From Thermoplasmatota archaeon (GTDB lineage Archaea; Thermoplasmatota; E2; JACPAO01; JAHFTW01), in assembly GCA_041601615.1 (NCBI GenBank), contig JBFIHX010000012.1, positions 1-64,000 on the forward strand: a stretch of 64,000 bases of DNA. Direction: 5' to 3'. A program made the position numbers and the translations under genes. How positions within the stretch are numbered: the stretch's first letter is position 1; each line of letters opens with the position of its first letter. Below are positions 26,707-34,906 of this stretch, piece by piece. The notes beneath the pieces were generated by a model, which did not search any database, had not been told where the DNA came from, and was given only the letters and a program-made list of their open reading frames with translations.

Positions 26707-26810
26707 AGGGTTCACCTGTGCCTCAGGTGCAGGCGACAACCGGTCTAACGAGCCAGAGTCGCCAGTGAATGCTGGAGAGGCAAGGCTCGCCGACTTGGGC
26801 ATGGTATAAA
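26707..26810 (-). promoter_or_regulatory. TATA box and structured 5' leader of rpl44e-rps27e
   Basis: TTTATA (26810-26805), then a hairpin-forming ~80-nt leader containing the SD. Confidence 0.6.
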
Positions 26811-26859
26811 GAACGGCCGGCCACCAGAACGGGGCGGGCGCAAGGGCCGAGTCGTGGCG

Positions 26860-27222
26860 TTAGTGGGTGATGGTTTCGTCGAACGGAACCGTGCGCCTGG
26901 GGATCACCGTGCGTACGGCGACTTCCATGATTTCCTTGGGCACTTCTTCGCCCTTGCCTTCTTCGACCATTTGCTGGGCCCAGACGATGATCAAATCGTC
27001 GTTGTTGCTGACTGCATACTCGTCGCGGATGCGCACCAATTTGTTCAGCACTTGCTTGTCTTGCTTGGCCGAGAGGTGCTTGCGCAGCATCTTGGCTCCG
27101 CTGCGGCGGCGCTCGGCGTTCTCGCGGCTGAACATCTCGCGCAGGTCGTGGTTGGAGTAGTAGACGCTGGCGGCGATCTCGCCATCCATCCGTTCCGGCT
27201 TGTTGTGGCCCGGGTCCTGCAC
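26860..27222 (-). CDS. Hypothetical protein
   Basis: Charged helical ORF with host codon usage; start may be ATG ~27189. Confidence 0.65.
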   Translation of the reverse strand: MQDPGHNKPERMDGEIAASVYYSNHDLREMFSRENAERRRSGAKMLRKHLSAKQDKQVLNKLVRIRDEYAVSNNDDLIIVWAQQMVEEGKGEEVPKEIMEVAVRTVIPRRTVPFDETITH

Positions 27223-27285
27223 GATGGTGCGAGCCGTGGTCCCTGTTTGGGGGTTTCGACGCGCTGCGGCCGGCGCGGGGGCGGC

Positions 27286-28170
27286 TTACGCCTGCATAAT
27301 TTCGGCTTTTTGCCGCTTCTCGAGCAGCCGGGCAATGGCGGGGGGCACGCTGGCGAAGTCTCCTTCTCGTAGGAGGTAGGTCTGCATGTCGGGGCCGACG
27401 AAGGGCGGGATGTCTCCGAGTGCGCGGATGGTGACCATTTCGTCGGAGGGGGTGTCGGAGGGCACGACGGTGGGGGCGGCCGGCTCGGGTTCGGGTGAGA
27501 AGCCTTTGCGGGGGGCGAAGTCCGGTTCGGGAATGTCCTGGGGCTCCTCGTCGCTGGGAGGTTCGTGCAGGTCGGGGGGAATCGGTTCGCCGTGCGCGGG
27601 TGATGCCGGGGTCGCCGGTTGCGTTGGTGCCGTCGGCGGCTTGGGCGACGTGGGCGGCGCTTGGTCGTCTGCGTGGGCCTCTGAAGCGGACGGCGTCGGG
27701 GCCGAGGGCGCGGCGATGGGTGCTGCTGGCGAGGCGGCGGGTCGGCTGGAGCGCACCTTTGCGGGTGGTGCTATGGCGGGCGGTGCTTCGCCGAATACCT
27801 TGGCTTTGCCGGCGCGTAGGGCTTGGACGAAGTTGTCGTAGAGGTCCATTTCCTCCGCAGTAAGGCCTTCGGGGCGCTCGGTGTCGCCGGTTTTGGGCTG
27901 CGCCAGGGCGTAGAGGCTCATTTTGCGTTCGCGCAGGCTCCAGAGGCTCTCGGCGGCTTGGATGGCGTGTTGTGCTTCGTCGCGGGCCATCATGGCGCGG
28001 CGGCCGAAGGGGTCCTTTTGTTGTTCCTCGCGAAAGCCGGCCTTGATGTCGTCCAGAAAGGCGCGAAGTTCGGCCCAGAAGCGGGCTTGGACGGGAGTGA
28101 GCCGGTTGCTGCGCCGTTCGGCACGCACCAGGTCTTGCAGCATCTCGTAGGAGATGCGTTCTTCCGCCAC
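27286..28170 (-). CDS. gins51: DNA replication complex GINS subunit Gins51 (Gins15)
   Basis: Helical A-domain (ERRSNRLTPV...RERKM), long linker, B-domain VTIRALGDIPPFVGPDMQTYLLREGD; position in the priS-rpl44e cluster. Confidence 0.88.
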   Translation of the reverse strand: MAEERISYEMLQDLVRAERRSNRLTPVQARFWAELRAFLDDIKAGFREEQQKDPFGRRAMMARDEAQHAIQAAESLWSLRERKMSLYALAQPKTGDTERPEGLTAEEMDLYDNFVQALRAGKAKVFGEAPPAIAPPAKVRSSRPAASPAAPIAAPSAPTPSASEAHADDQAPPTSPKPPTAPTQPATPASPAHGEPIPPDLHEPPSDEEPQDIPEPDFAPRKGFSPEPEPAAPTVVPSDTPSDEMVTIRALGDIPPFVGPDMQTYLLREGDFASVPPAIARLLEKRQKAEIMQA

Positions 28171-28201
28171 GTTGCGACGACCAGTGCGGGTTGTTTAAGA
28201 A

Positions 28202-28948
28202 TTAGGCGTGGGGGGCTGGGGCATAGTACGACATCATGGCGAATCCGAGCACCACGAGGATGGCTGCGGCTTCGAAGATGGAGGTGGTTGCGGCTTGGAC
28301 GCGGGGTTTTTGCCAGGTCCAGTGCACGCCGAGGGCTGCCACGGCGATGAGGAGGCTGGGAAAGAACGGCGTGAGGATGGTCATGGTGAAGGGGGCGATG
28401 AACGGGGCGATTGGAGCGGTGCTGGCCCATGCAATGGCGGCGGGGCGGGCCCGGTCGCCTCCGATTCCGACGCGAATCATGAACGCGGATGCTGCGACGA
28501 TGGACAAGTCGAACGTGGGGTCGCGGTGGTGGTAGGTGGCGGTGCTGATTCGATGCGAACGAGGGCCCAGGTGTTCCTCGCTGTAGGCTTGCGCCAGCCG
28601 GTTTGCGTCCTCGGCGTCGATGGTCGTACTTTGCGCGCCGGAATCGGACCATGGGGCTCTCCAGTACAGGTTTTGCCAACCTGATCGGGCGCCGTCGGCG
28701 GGTTCGGCAGTGCGTAGGGAGATGGGGCACCAGCCGTGGCTGCATCCGCTCATGAGTCCGTTTGTGCCGTTGCTTTGCCAGGGTTGGGTGTCGCGAAGGA
28801 TGGTGTTCCAAGGCAAGGCGTCGGGTTCGGGGCCGTCGTCTACGTTGCCGTCGGCGTCTTCGAAGGAGGTTGGGCGCAGAAGAATCATCCAAGCAAGAAA
28901 CAGGACGGCGCCGCGTACAGTCCATTTGGCGCTGAAAGCATGTGCCAC
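28202..28948 (-). CDS. Hypothetical membrane protein
   Basis: N-terminal TM, soluble loop, 3-4 C-terminal TM; start uncertain (ORF extends to 29017). Confidence 0.55.
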   Translation of the reverse strand: MAHAFSAKWTVRGAVLFLAWMILLRPTSFEDADGNVDDGPEPDALPWNTILRDTQPWQSNGTNGLMSGCSHGWCPISLRTAEPADGARSGWQNLYWRAPWSDSGAQSTTIDAEDANRLAQAYSEEHLGPRSHRISTATYHHRDPTFDLSIVAASAFMIRVGIGGDRARPAAIAWASTAPIAPFIAPFTMTILTPFFPSLLIAVAALGVHWTWQKPRVQAATTSIFEAAAILVVLGFAMMSYYAPAPHA

Positions 28949-28977
28949 TTGTTCGAATTGGGGTGGAGCGTTTGAAC

Positions 28978-30279
28978 CTACGGGCGGACGGTCCCGTTTT
29001 GTCGGGCGCACCACCAAACGGCGTGGTGCATCGGCACCTCCGTGTCTTGGCCGCCTTCGACGCGGACCGTCTGTCCCCCGAGGGTCAATGTGTCGCTGTT
29101 GCGGGCCGTGAATTGCACGGGTTCGTCGGAGAACGCCACGGCGTCCCGGAACGGATCAAAATCGGCGAGTTCTTCGAGGCGCAGGCGGACGACCTTGAGG
29201 CCGGTCTTGCCGTGCAGGCTCTCGGGCAGGCGAATGAGGCGCTTGACGTCGGCGGTCACTGGCTCGTCGGTTTCGCCTTTGCTAAGCGGGAGTGCTGCTT
29301 GTCCGAGCACTTCTTTGGCGATGCGTTTGACGACGGCTCCCTGTTCGAGGTAGCCGTCTTGGATGCGCCCTAGTTTGTCGGCTGTGAGGTCTGCGATGAA
29401 GTCGTCTGCTCCTTTGGGGCCGATGTGGTCCATGGAAAGCAGCCAGGCGCGGGCGTCGGCGGGGTCGGCGTTGAGGACGCGGTCGTGCAGTACGGAAACG
29501 AGCCCGCGGGTGAGGCGTCCGCGCCAGCCGGGTGCACTTGCGGGGTGGATGAATTGGGCTTTGACGGGTTTGGCGTACATGCCCGAGCCGCGCATTCCGA
29601 CGGTTTTCTCCCAGATGAAGGGCTCCAAGTCTGGTTCGCTGGTGCCTTGTTTTGTGGGGACTTTGCCGGTGACGTAGTCCACAACCTCGCGTCGTCCTTT
29701 TTGGTCCAGTTGCAGCAGCGCGGGGGCGGTGACGTGGGCATGGTAGCCGCGGCCGCCGGAGAAGGTGAGCCATACGTCGGATTCGTCGATGCTCAGATCT
29801 CCCAGCAGGAACTCTTCGAGGAGGGTGCGGAATTTGGTTTTGACAAGTTCCAGTTGTTCGGGCAAGCCCATGGTTTCGCCGCGTGCCGCTGCTGCTTCGG
29901 CTTCGGCGAGGTGGTCTGCGTCTAGGTCGAAGATCAGTTCGGCGCCGAGCCATTGTTTGTCCAGCATGCGCATTTCGCCCGGCTTGCGGTAGTAGGCGGT
30001 GCTGTAGTAGCAGGAGTGGGGGCCGCGCCAGGAGAGGTAGTTGTGGAAGCGGCTGGCGTTGTCGTAGGCCCTGTGGCGCACGAAGGGGGGCGGGCCAGGT
30101 TTGTCGGGCCAGAGGATGAATCCGAATTCCCGGCGCGTGAAGCGGTCCGGCATGCGGGGCGGGTTGATTTTGTAGTAGGCGCCGAAGCTTCGTTGCAGCC
30201 AGTCGATGGTGGTGGAGACGGCGGGCGGGAAGCTTGGCGGGGGGCCCTGGGGTCCGGCGGGGGCGGGTGCGTCAGCCAT
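28978..30279 (-). CDS. priS: DNA primase catalytic (small) subunit
   Basis: REFGF, YYSTAYY, AELIFDLDADH, FSGGRGYH, VTADVKRLIRLPESLHGKTG. Confidence 0.96.
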   Translation of the reverse strand: MADAPAPAGPQGPPPSFPPAVSTTIDWLQRSFGAYYKINPPRMPDRFTRREFGFILWPDKPGPPPFVRHRAYDNASRFHNYLSWRGPHSCYYSTAYYRKPGEMRMLDKQWLGAELIFDLDADHLAEAEAAAARGETMGLPEQLELVKTKFRTLLEEFLLGDLSIDESDVWLTFSGGRGYHAHVTAPALLQLDQKGRREVVDYVTGKVPTKQGTSEPDLEPFIWEKTVGMRGSGMYAKPVKAQFIHPASAPGWRGRLTRGLVSVLHDRVLNADPADARAWLLSMDHIGPKGADDFIADLTADKLGRIQDGYLEQGAVVKRIAKEVLGQAALPLSKGETDEPVTADVKRLIRLPESLHGKTGLKVVRLRLEELADFDPFRDAVAFSDEPVQFTARNSDTLTLGGQTVRVEGGQDTEVPMHHAVWWCARQNGTVRP

Positions 30280-31387
30280 GGGAGGCCTCCTGGGCGGTGG
30301 GGGCGGGCGCGGCGGCCGTGGCGGGCGCGTTTTGAGCCAAGTTGGCGGCCTTGGCTTGGTCTTCTTTTTGGAAGCGCAGGCGGGCGCGGTAGTAGCTCAG
30401 GGGGTGTTTGATTTTGGCGCAGAGGCGGTCGCGTTTTTCGAGGGGGCAGACGCCGTTGGTTTGCATGGTGGCGCAGCCGGGGGGTGTGTATTTTTCGACG
30501 CCTTGTTCGCCGGCAATGTGCGTCACTTGGTAGCGTGATTTTTCGGGGTCGAAGTTGGGAATCGCGCGGAAGTAGTCGATGATGTCTTCGGCGGTCATGC
30601 CGATGGTGGCCAGAAAGCTCGCGATGGCAAATCGTGCGTGGTGCGAGATCAGTTCGCCGTCCTTCATTTTGCCAAAGATGTCGATGACGCAGGGCGGGAA
30701 CAAGTGCGTCTGGACGGGGCCGAAGTCGCCGGTGTTCCAGCCGGCGCGGGCTTTTTCGAGTTCGGGCTTCAGTTGCTCGATGTAATCGGCGAGGGCGTCG
30801 GCGACCTCATCGTGGATGGGTTTGCTGATTTCTTCTTCCAGTTCTTTCTGGATGCGTCGTTCGAGGCCTTCGCGGCACAAGCGACTCACGTCTGGCCCGG
30901 AAAGGGGTACCCAGCCTTTCTGGATGGGGCGCACGATCATTTTCCAGGCGGGTTCGTGCAGGGGTGCGATGCTGAGGTAGTCGGCAAAGTGCATCCGTAG
31001 GCCTTCGGGGCCTTCTTGGTATTGGATGCCGAGGTGGCGTGCGATGGCGTCGCGGCTGCCGGGGTCTTGATTAAGCGTCTCTTCGAGGCGAATCGCTTCG
31101 GCGGCGGCGTAGCGGTGGACCATGGCACGGTCGCGCACGAGCACGCAGAGCATGCGGGCGACCGGCACGGAGAGCATTTCGTTGAGTGCTCCGCGTTCGT
31201 CTAGGATGGTCACGGGCGGGATGCGTTTGTCTTCCAGTGCGCCTCGGATGCGGGCCATGGCACGTTGGCGAACGCCTTCGAGGCGGGGGGCCGAGAGGAG
31301 GTCGGGGAGGCTGGGACCGACTTCGCGCACGGCGTCGCGTACTTCCGGAAGGAAGGGATAGTACGCTAGCCGCACCAGGTCCGCCAC
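30272..31387 (-). CDS. priL: DNA primase large subunit
   Basis: LAYYPFL, FPPCV, SHHARF, PNFDPEKSRYQVTHIAG, YTPPGC...GVC...C..IKHPLSYY; GTG start at 31387. Confidence 0.95.
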   Translation of the reverse strand: MADLVRLAYYPFLPEVRDAVREVGPSLPDLLSAPRLEGVRQRAMARIRGALEDKRIPPVTILDERGALNEMLSVPVARMLCVLVRDRAMVHRYAAAEAIRLEETLNQDPGSRDAIARHLGIQYQEGPEGLRMHFADYLSIAPLHEPAWKMIVRPIQKGWVPLSGPDVSRLCREGLERRIQKELEEEISKPIHDEVADALADYIEQLKPELEKARAGWNTGDFGPVQTHLFPPCVIDIFGKMKDGELISHHARFAIASFLATIGMTAEDIIDYFRAIPNFDPEKSRYQVTHIAGEQGVEKYTPPGCATMQTNGVCPLEKRDRLCAKIKHPLSYYRARLRFQKEDQAKAANLAQNAPATAAAPAPTAQEASHG

Positions 31388-31407
31388 GGTTTTGCCACGT
31401 TGCGCGG

Positions 31408-31866
31408 CTACTTCAGTCGCGCGGAGGTGGCGACGGGGGGTGCGTCGGAGCCGTCGGCGACGATTTGGAACCCGATGGCGCCGGTGAAGTCTGTGAAGTG
31501 GAGCGTCGCGGTCCAACCCATGGGAATGCCGAGGCTCGTTTGTTGGTGGCCGGCACTTGCGTCTGAAAAGTCGATGGTGGTGCGGGCAAGTCCGGTGGCG
31601 TCGGAGACTACGAGGCGTGCGGCGCCGACTTGCACGGCTCCGCTCCATTGGATCATGGCGCGGAATTTGCTGTTTTCCCATTCGTAGGTCTCGTCTTCGT
31701 TTACGTGCACCAAGTAGGCGCCGTATTGGAAGGCATCGCGGGTGTTGCTGACGGTGCGAAATTCGATGCTTTCATCGTCGTCGGGCCAATCGCCAGAATC
31801 AAAATTCAAGCCCTGGGTGCATCCGCTAAGAAGCAGGGTGAGTGAGGCAAGCAATACGATGCGCAT
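31408..31866 (-). CDS. Small lipoprotein (paralog 1)
   Basis: LLLSGC lipobox; beta-rich; LVVSDATG...GW motif shared with neighbours. Confidence 0.75.
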   Translation of the reverse strand: MRIVLLASLTLLLSGCTQGLNFDSGDWPDDDESIEFRTVSNTRDAFQYGAYLVHVNEDETYEWENSKFRAMIQWSGAVQVGAARLVVSDATGLARTTIDFSDASAGHQQTSLGIPMGWTATLHFTDFTGAIGFQIVADGSDAPPVATSARLK

Positions 31867-31911
31867 GTGGCTCCAGCCGTGGTTCGCGCTTTGAGGATTC
31901 CGTCTAAGGTG

Positions 31912-32337
31912 CTAGCAGGCGATGTTGACGTTGTATTGTCCGCTGAATCCACCGTATTGCTGGCCGGTGAATCCGCCGTAGCTGGAGCCGCTTTCGCGGG
32001 TGACGGTGACGGTCCATTGGCCGCTTTGGCCGCTGATGTTCTTGGTCTCGGATTGCTGGCCGGTGCCGCTGTAGGTCTTCGAGAACGCGGTCGCTCCGGC
32101 GCCGTCCTTGACGGTGACTTTGATGCTGCCGCCGCCCATGTTGTAGTTGACGTTCACTTTACCGCTGCCGTCACACGACAGGGGTTCGCTGGTGTGGCTG
32201 CCGGTGCTGGCGCCGTTGTAGCTGAGTGTCCCGGGGCCGCCTGCGGTTTGACCGTCGGCGCCGTTGCTGAAGGTGCAGCCGGACATCAACGTGGCAATCA
32301 GGAGGCTGGTCAACAGGAGGGGGATGGTTCGGCCCAT
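31912..32337 (-). CDS. Small lipoprotein (paralog 2)
   Basis: LMSGC lipobox; GSIKVTVKDGAGATAFSKTY...GQSGQW; C-terminal Cys. Confidence 0.8.
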   Translation of the reverse strand: MGRTIPLLLTSLLIATLMSGCTFSNGADGQTAGGPGTLSYNGASTGSHTSEPLSCDGSGKVNVNYNMGGGSIKVTVKDGAGATAFSKTYSGTGQQSETKNISGQSGQWTVTVTRESGSSYGGFTGQQYGGFSGQYNVNIAC

Positions 32338-32398
32338 GAGCAGACGATTTGCCTCGCAACTTAAGGGAGATTGGGACGATGGTTGGATTCAACCCGCG

Positions 32399-32743
32399 TC
32401 AGCAGGTGAGCGTGAGGGTGAATGTGCCCTCGAAGTGGGCGCTGCTGGCTTCCAGTTTCCAGTTGCCCGGGGCTCCAATCAGAGCGTGTTGAATTTGGCC
32501 GCCGATGGGGGCTTCGTAGGTGTCCTCAAAGGCGACGGCTCCCTTGCCATCAAGCACGCGGACTGTCAGGTTGCCGGCGAGAATGGAACCCGAACCGTCG
32601 AGGATTGCCGCATCGGAGCAGAGGAGCTTACTGGAGTCGCGGTAGGCTTCGCCGGTGCCTTCGTGTGAGAGTGTTGCCACTTGTTCGGAGAACGCGCATC
32701 CTGCCAAAAAGAGCAGGAGCGTGGCCGTGATGGCCACACGCAT
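32399..32743 (-). CDS. Small lipoprotein (paralog 3)
   Basis: FLAGC lipobox; GNLTVRVLDGKGAVAFEDTY...GAPGNW; C-terminal Cys. Confidence 0.8.
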   Translation of the reverse strand: MRVAITATLLLFLAGCAFSEQVATLSHEGTGEAYRDSSKLLCSDAAILDGSGSILAGNLTVRVLDGKGAVAFEDTYEAPIGGQIQHALIGAPGNWKLEASSAHFEGTFTLTLTC

Positions 32744-32745
32744 GT

Positions 32746-33489
32746 CTATTCGCTCTCAATCCTGGGGGCCAGGAGGTAGGTGATGTGGCCGGCGCCGCCT
32801 GCAATATCGAATTCGATTTTGACGGGGTAGTCGGTGCCGAGGTTGAGCGTGATGGCGTCGTTGCTCTTGACGACCTTGCTCATGTTGCTGAAGTAGTCGA
32901 GGCTGAACAAGCTGCGGCTTGATTCGGGGCTCTCGATTTTGATGATGTTGTCGCCGTCGAGGCGGAGGTGGACTTGGTCTGTGTCGCCGTCGGCTACGAG
33001 TTCGAAGCTGTCTTTGCCGGCCACGAGGGCGATGTGGTCGCTGACTGCTTCGGAGGCTTTGATGCCTTGTTGAAGTTCGCCGGCGCGGATGGTGACCTTG
33101 CTGGGGAGGTTCAGGTTGGGCACCTTGGGGTCGCCCATGTTTGTGGTGTCGACGAGGGCCATGCGGCGGGTGATGTGGCCGATGCTGAAAACGAGGCGGT
33201 GGGTGTCTTCCTTGTATTCGAGTCCGATTTCGTCGCCGCTGCTGGCGAGTTTCAGGATGTCCTTGAGTTTGTCAAGGTCGATGCCCATTTCGAGGTCTTC
33301 ACCGTGGAATTCGGTGAAGGCGCCTTTGCCGAGGCTGAGGTCCACCATGGCGACGTGCGCCGGGTCGACGGCCTTCAGGGACAATCCTTCTGGGGTAACC
33401 TGGATCTTGGCCTCGTCTACGAGGGTCTGGACGGCATCTAGGACCGTCTTGAGCACTTCCGCCTTGACCTTGGCCTTGAACGAGGGCAT
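32746..33489 (-). CDS. pcn: DNA polymerase sliding clamp PCNA
   Basis: LKAVDPAHVAMVDL, FSLDYF, LGTDYPVKI, YLLAPRIE. Confidence 0.97.
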   Translation of the reverse strand: MPSFKAKVKAEVLKTVLDAVQTLVDEAKIQVTPEGLSLKAVDPAHVAMVDLSLGKGAFTEFHGEDLEMGIDLDKLKDILKLASSGDEIGLEYKEDTHRLVFSIGHITRRMALVDTTNMGDPKVPNLNLPSKVTIRAGELQQGIKASEAVSDHIALVAGKDSFELVADGDTDQVHLRLDGDNIIKIESPESSRSLFSLDYFSNMSKVVKSNDAITLNLGTDYPVKIEFDIAGGAGHITYLLAPRIESE

Positions 33490-33546
33490 CCCTATCAGTC
33501 GCTCGCATTCCTGGTGGCGTCTTAAGGACTCCCGGTTTGTTACCTA

Positions 33547-33562
33547 TGTTTCATGTGGAACA
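33547..33562. other. parS-like 16-bp imperfect palindrome
   Basis: TGTTTCATGTGGAACA, intergenic upstream of pcna. Confidence 0.4.
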
Positions 33563-33599
33563 AGGTGGGGCAGACGAGGCGACGGGCGCACACGCCGGT

Positions 33600-34001
33600 T
33601 CAGCGGATGCAGATGCACGTCTGGATGCCCTTGGCCACCAGCGTGCGCTCCCCATCCGTCTCCATGAACACCTCCAGGTCGCACACGGTCAAGGTCCGCC
33701 CCGACTTCACCACCGTCCCTACCGCCACGACCCGGTCGCCGCGTGCCGGCCGCAGAAACTTCATCGTAAAATCGGTGGACAGCACCTCGCTGCCCTCCGG
33801 CATCATCGAGTACGCAGCATACCCGCCCGCCGTGTCCACCGCCGTCGTCAAGATCCCCGCGTGGACGTGGCCGTGTTGTTGTGTCACTTCCGGGCGCACC
33901 TCCAACTCCACCACGGCCTTGCCGGCCTCCAGGTGGGTCAATTCGGCTCCGATGAGCGTCATTGCTGCCTGGGCGGCGAAACTGTCACGGACGAACTGCA
34001 C
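33600..34001 (-). CDS. PaaI family thioesterase
   Basis: QQHGHVHAGILTTAVDTAGG, STDFTMKFLRPA, VVKSGRTL; GTG start inferred. Confidence 0.88.
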   Translation of the reverse strand: MQFVRDSFAAQAAMTLIGAELTHLEAGKAVVELEVRPEVTQQHGHVHAGILTTAVDTAGGYAAYSMMPEGSEVLSTDFTMKFLRPARGDRVVAVGTVVKSGRTLTVCDLEVFMETDGERTLVAKGIQTCICIR

Positions 34002-34084
34002 GCCGGCCCATGCCGCTGCCGGGTCTTGACCGACGCGTTTGGGGCCGCGTGAATCCCCGCGTTGATTTCCCAAGGCCGCAGGAT

Positions 34085-34375
34085 TCACAAAGCTGGCAGT
34101 CGGCGAAAGGTGGCGGCCATCAATCGGAACACGGCGAACGCCAGCAGAGCGGATCCCACCACCGCCATCGGCGCAAACCAGAATCCCAGGACGATCAGCG
34201 CCAGCCCCAGGGCGAACACGAGGCTCCCCGGTGCCAACGGCTGCGGCCGTTTCAACAAGCCGGACGGGCCCATGTTTTCGTCCGGCAGCCGGACCGGCTG
34301 ACCGCGCAGGCAGGCCGGGCAGCGGTCCGCGCCATGCAGAATTTCGGAACCGCAGAAAGCACAAGCATCGGCCAC
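34085..34375 (-). CDS. Small zinc-ribbon membrane protein
   Basis: CAFC-x9-CPAC followed by two TM segments. Confidence 0.6.
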   Translation of the reverse strand: MADACAFCGSEILHGADRCPACLRGQPVRLPDENMGPSGLLKRPQPLAPGSLVFALGLALIVLGFWFAPMAVVGSALLAFAVFRLMAATFRRLPAL

Positions 34376-34423
34376 GAACGGCGACCGAGGTGGAGCGCTT
34401 TCATCGTTTCGGCGGGCGGGGGG

Positions 34424-34580
34424 GGCGGACACTCGTTCCGGTCGTACTTCGCTGCGCTCAGTACTCTCCTAGAATGCCCACAACGCGCGCGCTCGACTTC
34501 GTCAAGCGCGGCGGGTGCGGCCACTCTTTCCGATCGTATCTCGGCCTTCGGCCTCAATACTCTCTCCAAGAGTGTCCGCA
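34424..34580. repeat. Fold-back cluster: four alternating inverted copies of the tfs 3' end
   Basis: Arms 34424-47, 34461-82, 34516-39 and 34557-80, separated by small hairpin loops. Confidence 0.8.
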
Positions 34581-34856
34581 CTCCATACACTCATTGATCT
34601 CCGTCGGCGGCTCGTCGCTGCGTCGGGTCTGCATGAGGTGGAAGTAGGCTTTGCCGTGGCCGCACTTGGGGCACTCGACTTGTTGCTGGGCGCGGGGGTC
34701 GACGGCGTCCTCCACGACCACGCGCTCCTTAATGACGGCCTCCTTCTTGACGACCTGGCTCTTGGTGGGGCCCTTGCTCGTCCATCCGCACTTGCGGCAT
34801 TCGAGCTTGCCGTCCTTGGGGTAGACCATGGACTTGCAGTCGGCACAGAAGGGCAT
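34554..34856 (-). CDS. tfs: Transcription factor S (TFS / RpoM-like)
   Basis: FCADC...CRKC; CPKCGH...QTRRSDEPPT...CMECGHSWREY with the catalytic DE hairpin. Confidence 0.95.
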   Translation of the reverse strand: MPFCADCKSMVYPKDGKLECRKCGWTSKGPTKSQVVKKEAVIKERVVVEDAVDPRAQQQVECPKCGHGKAYFHLMQTRRSDEPPTEINECMECGHSWREY

Positions 34857-34906
34857 GGGCGTTGCGAGTCGGGGGTCTGTAATAGGCTTGGCGCAGACGG
34901 CCGAAG

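Noticed and set aside
26707-26790. tRNA gene
   Set aside because: No TPsiC or D-arm consensus; folds as one long hairpin
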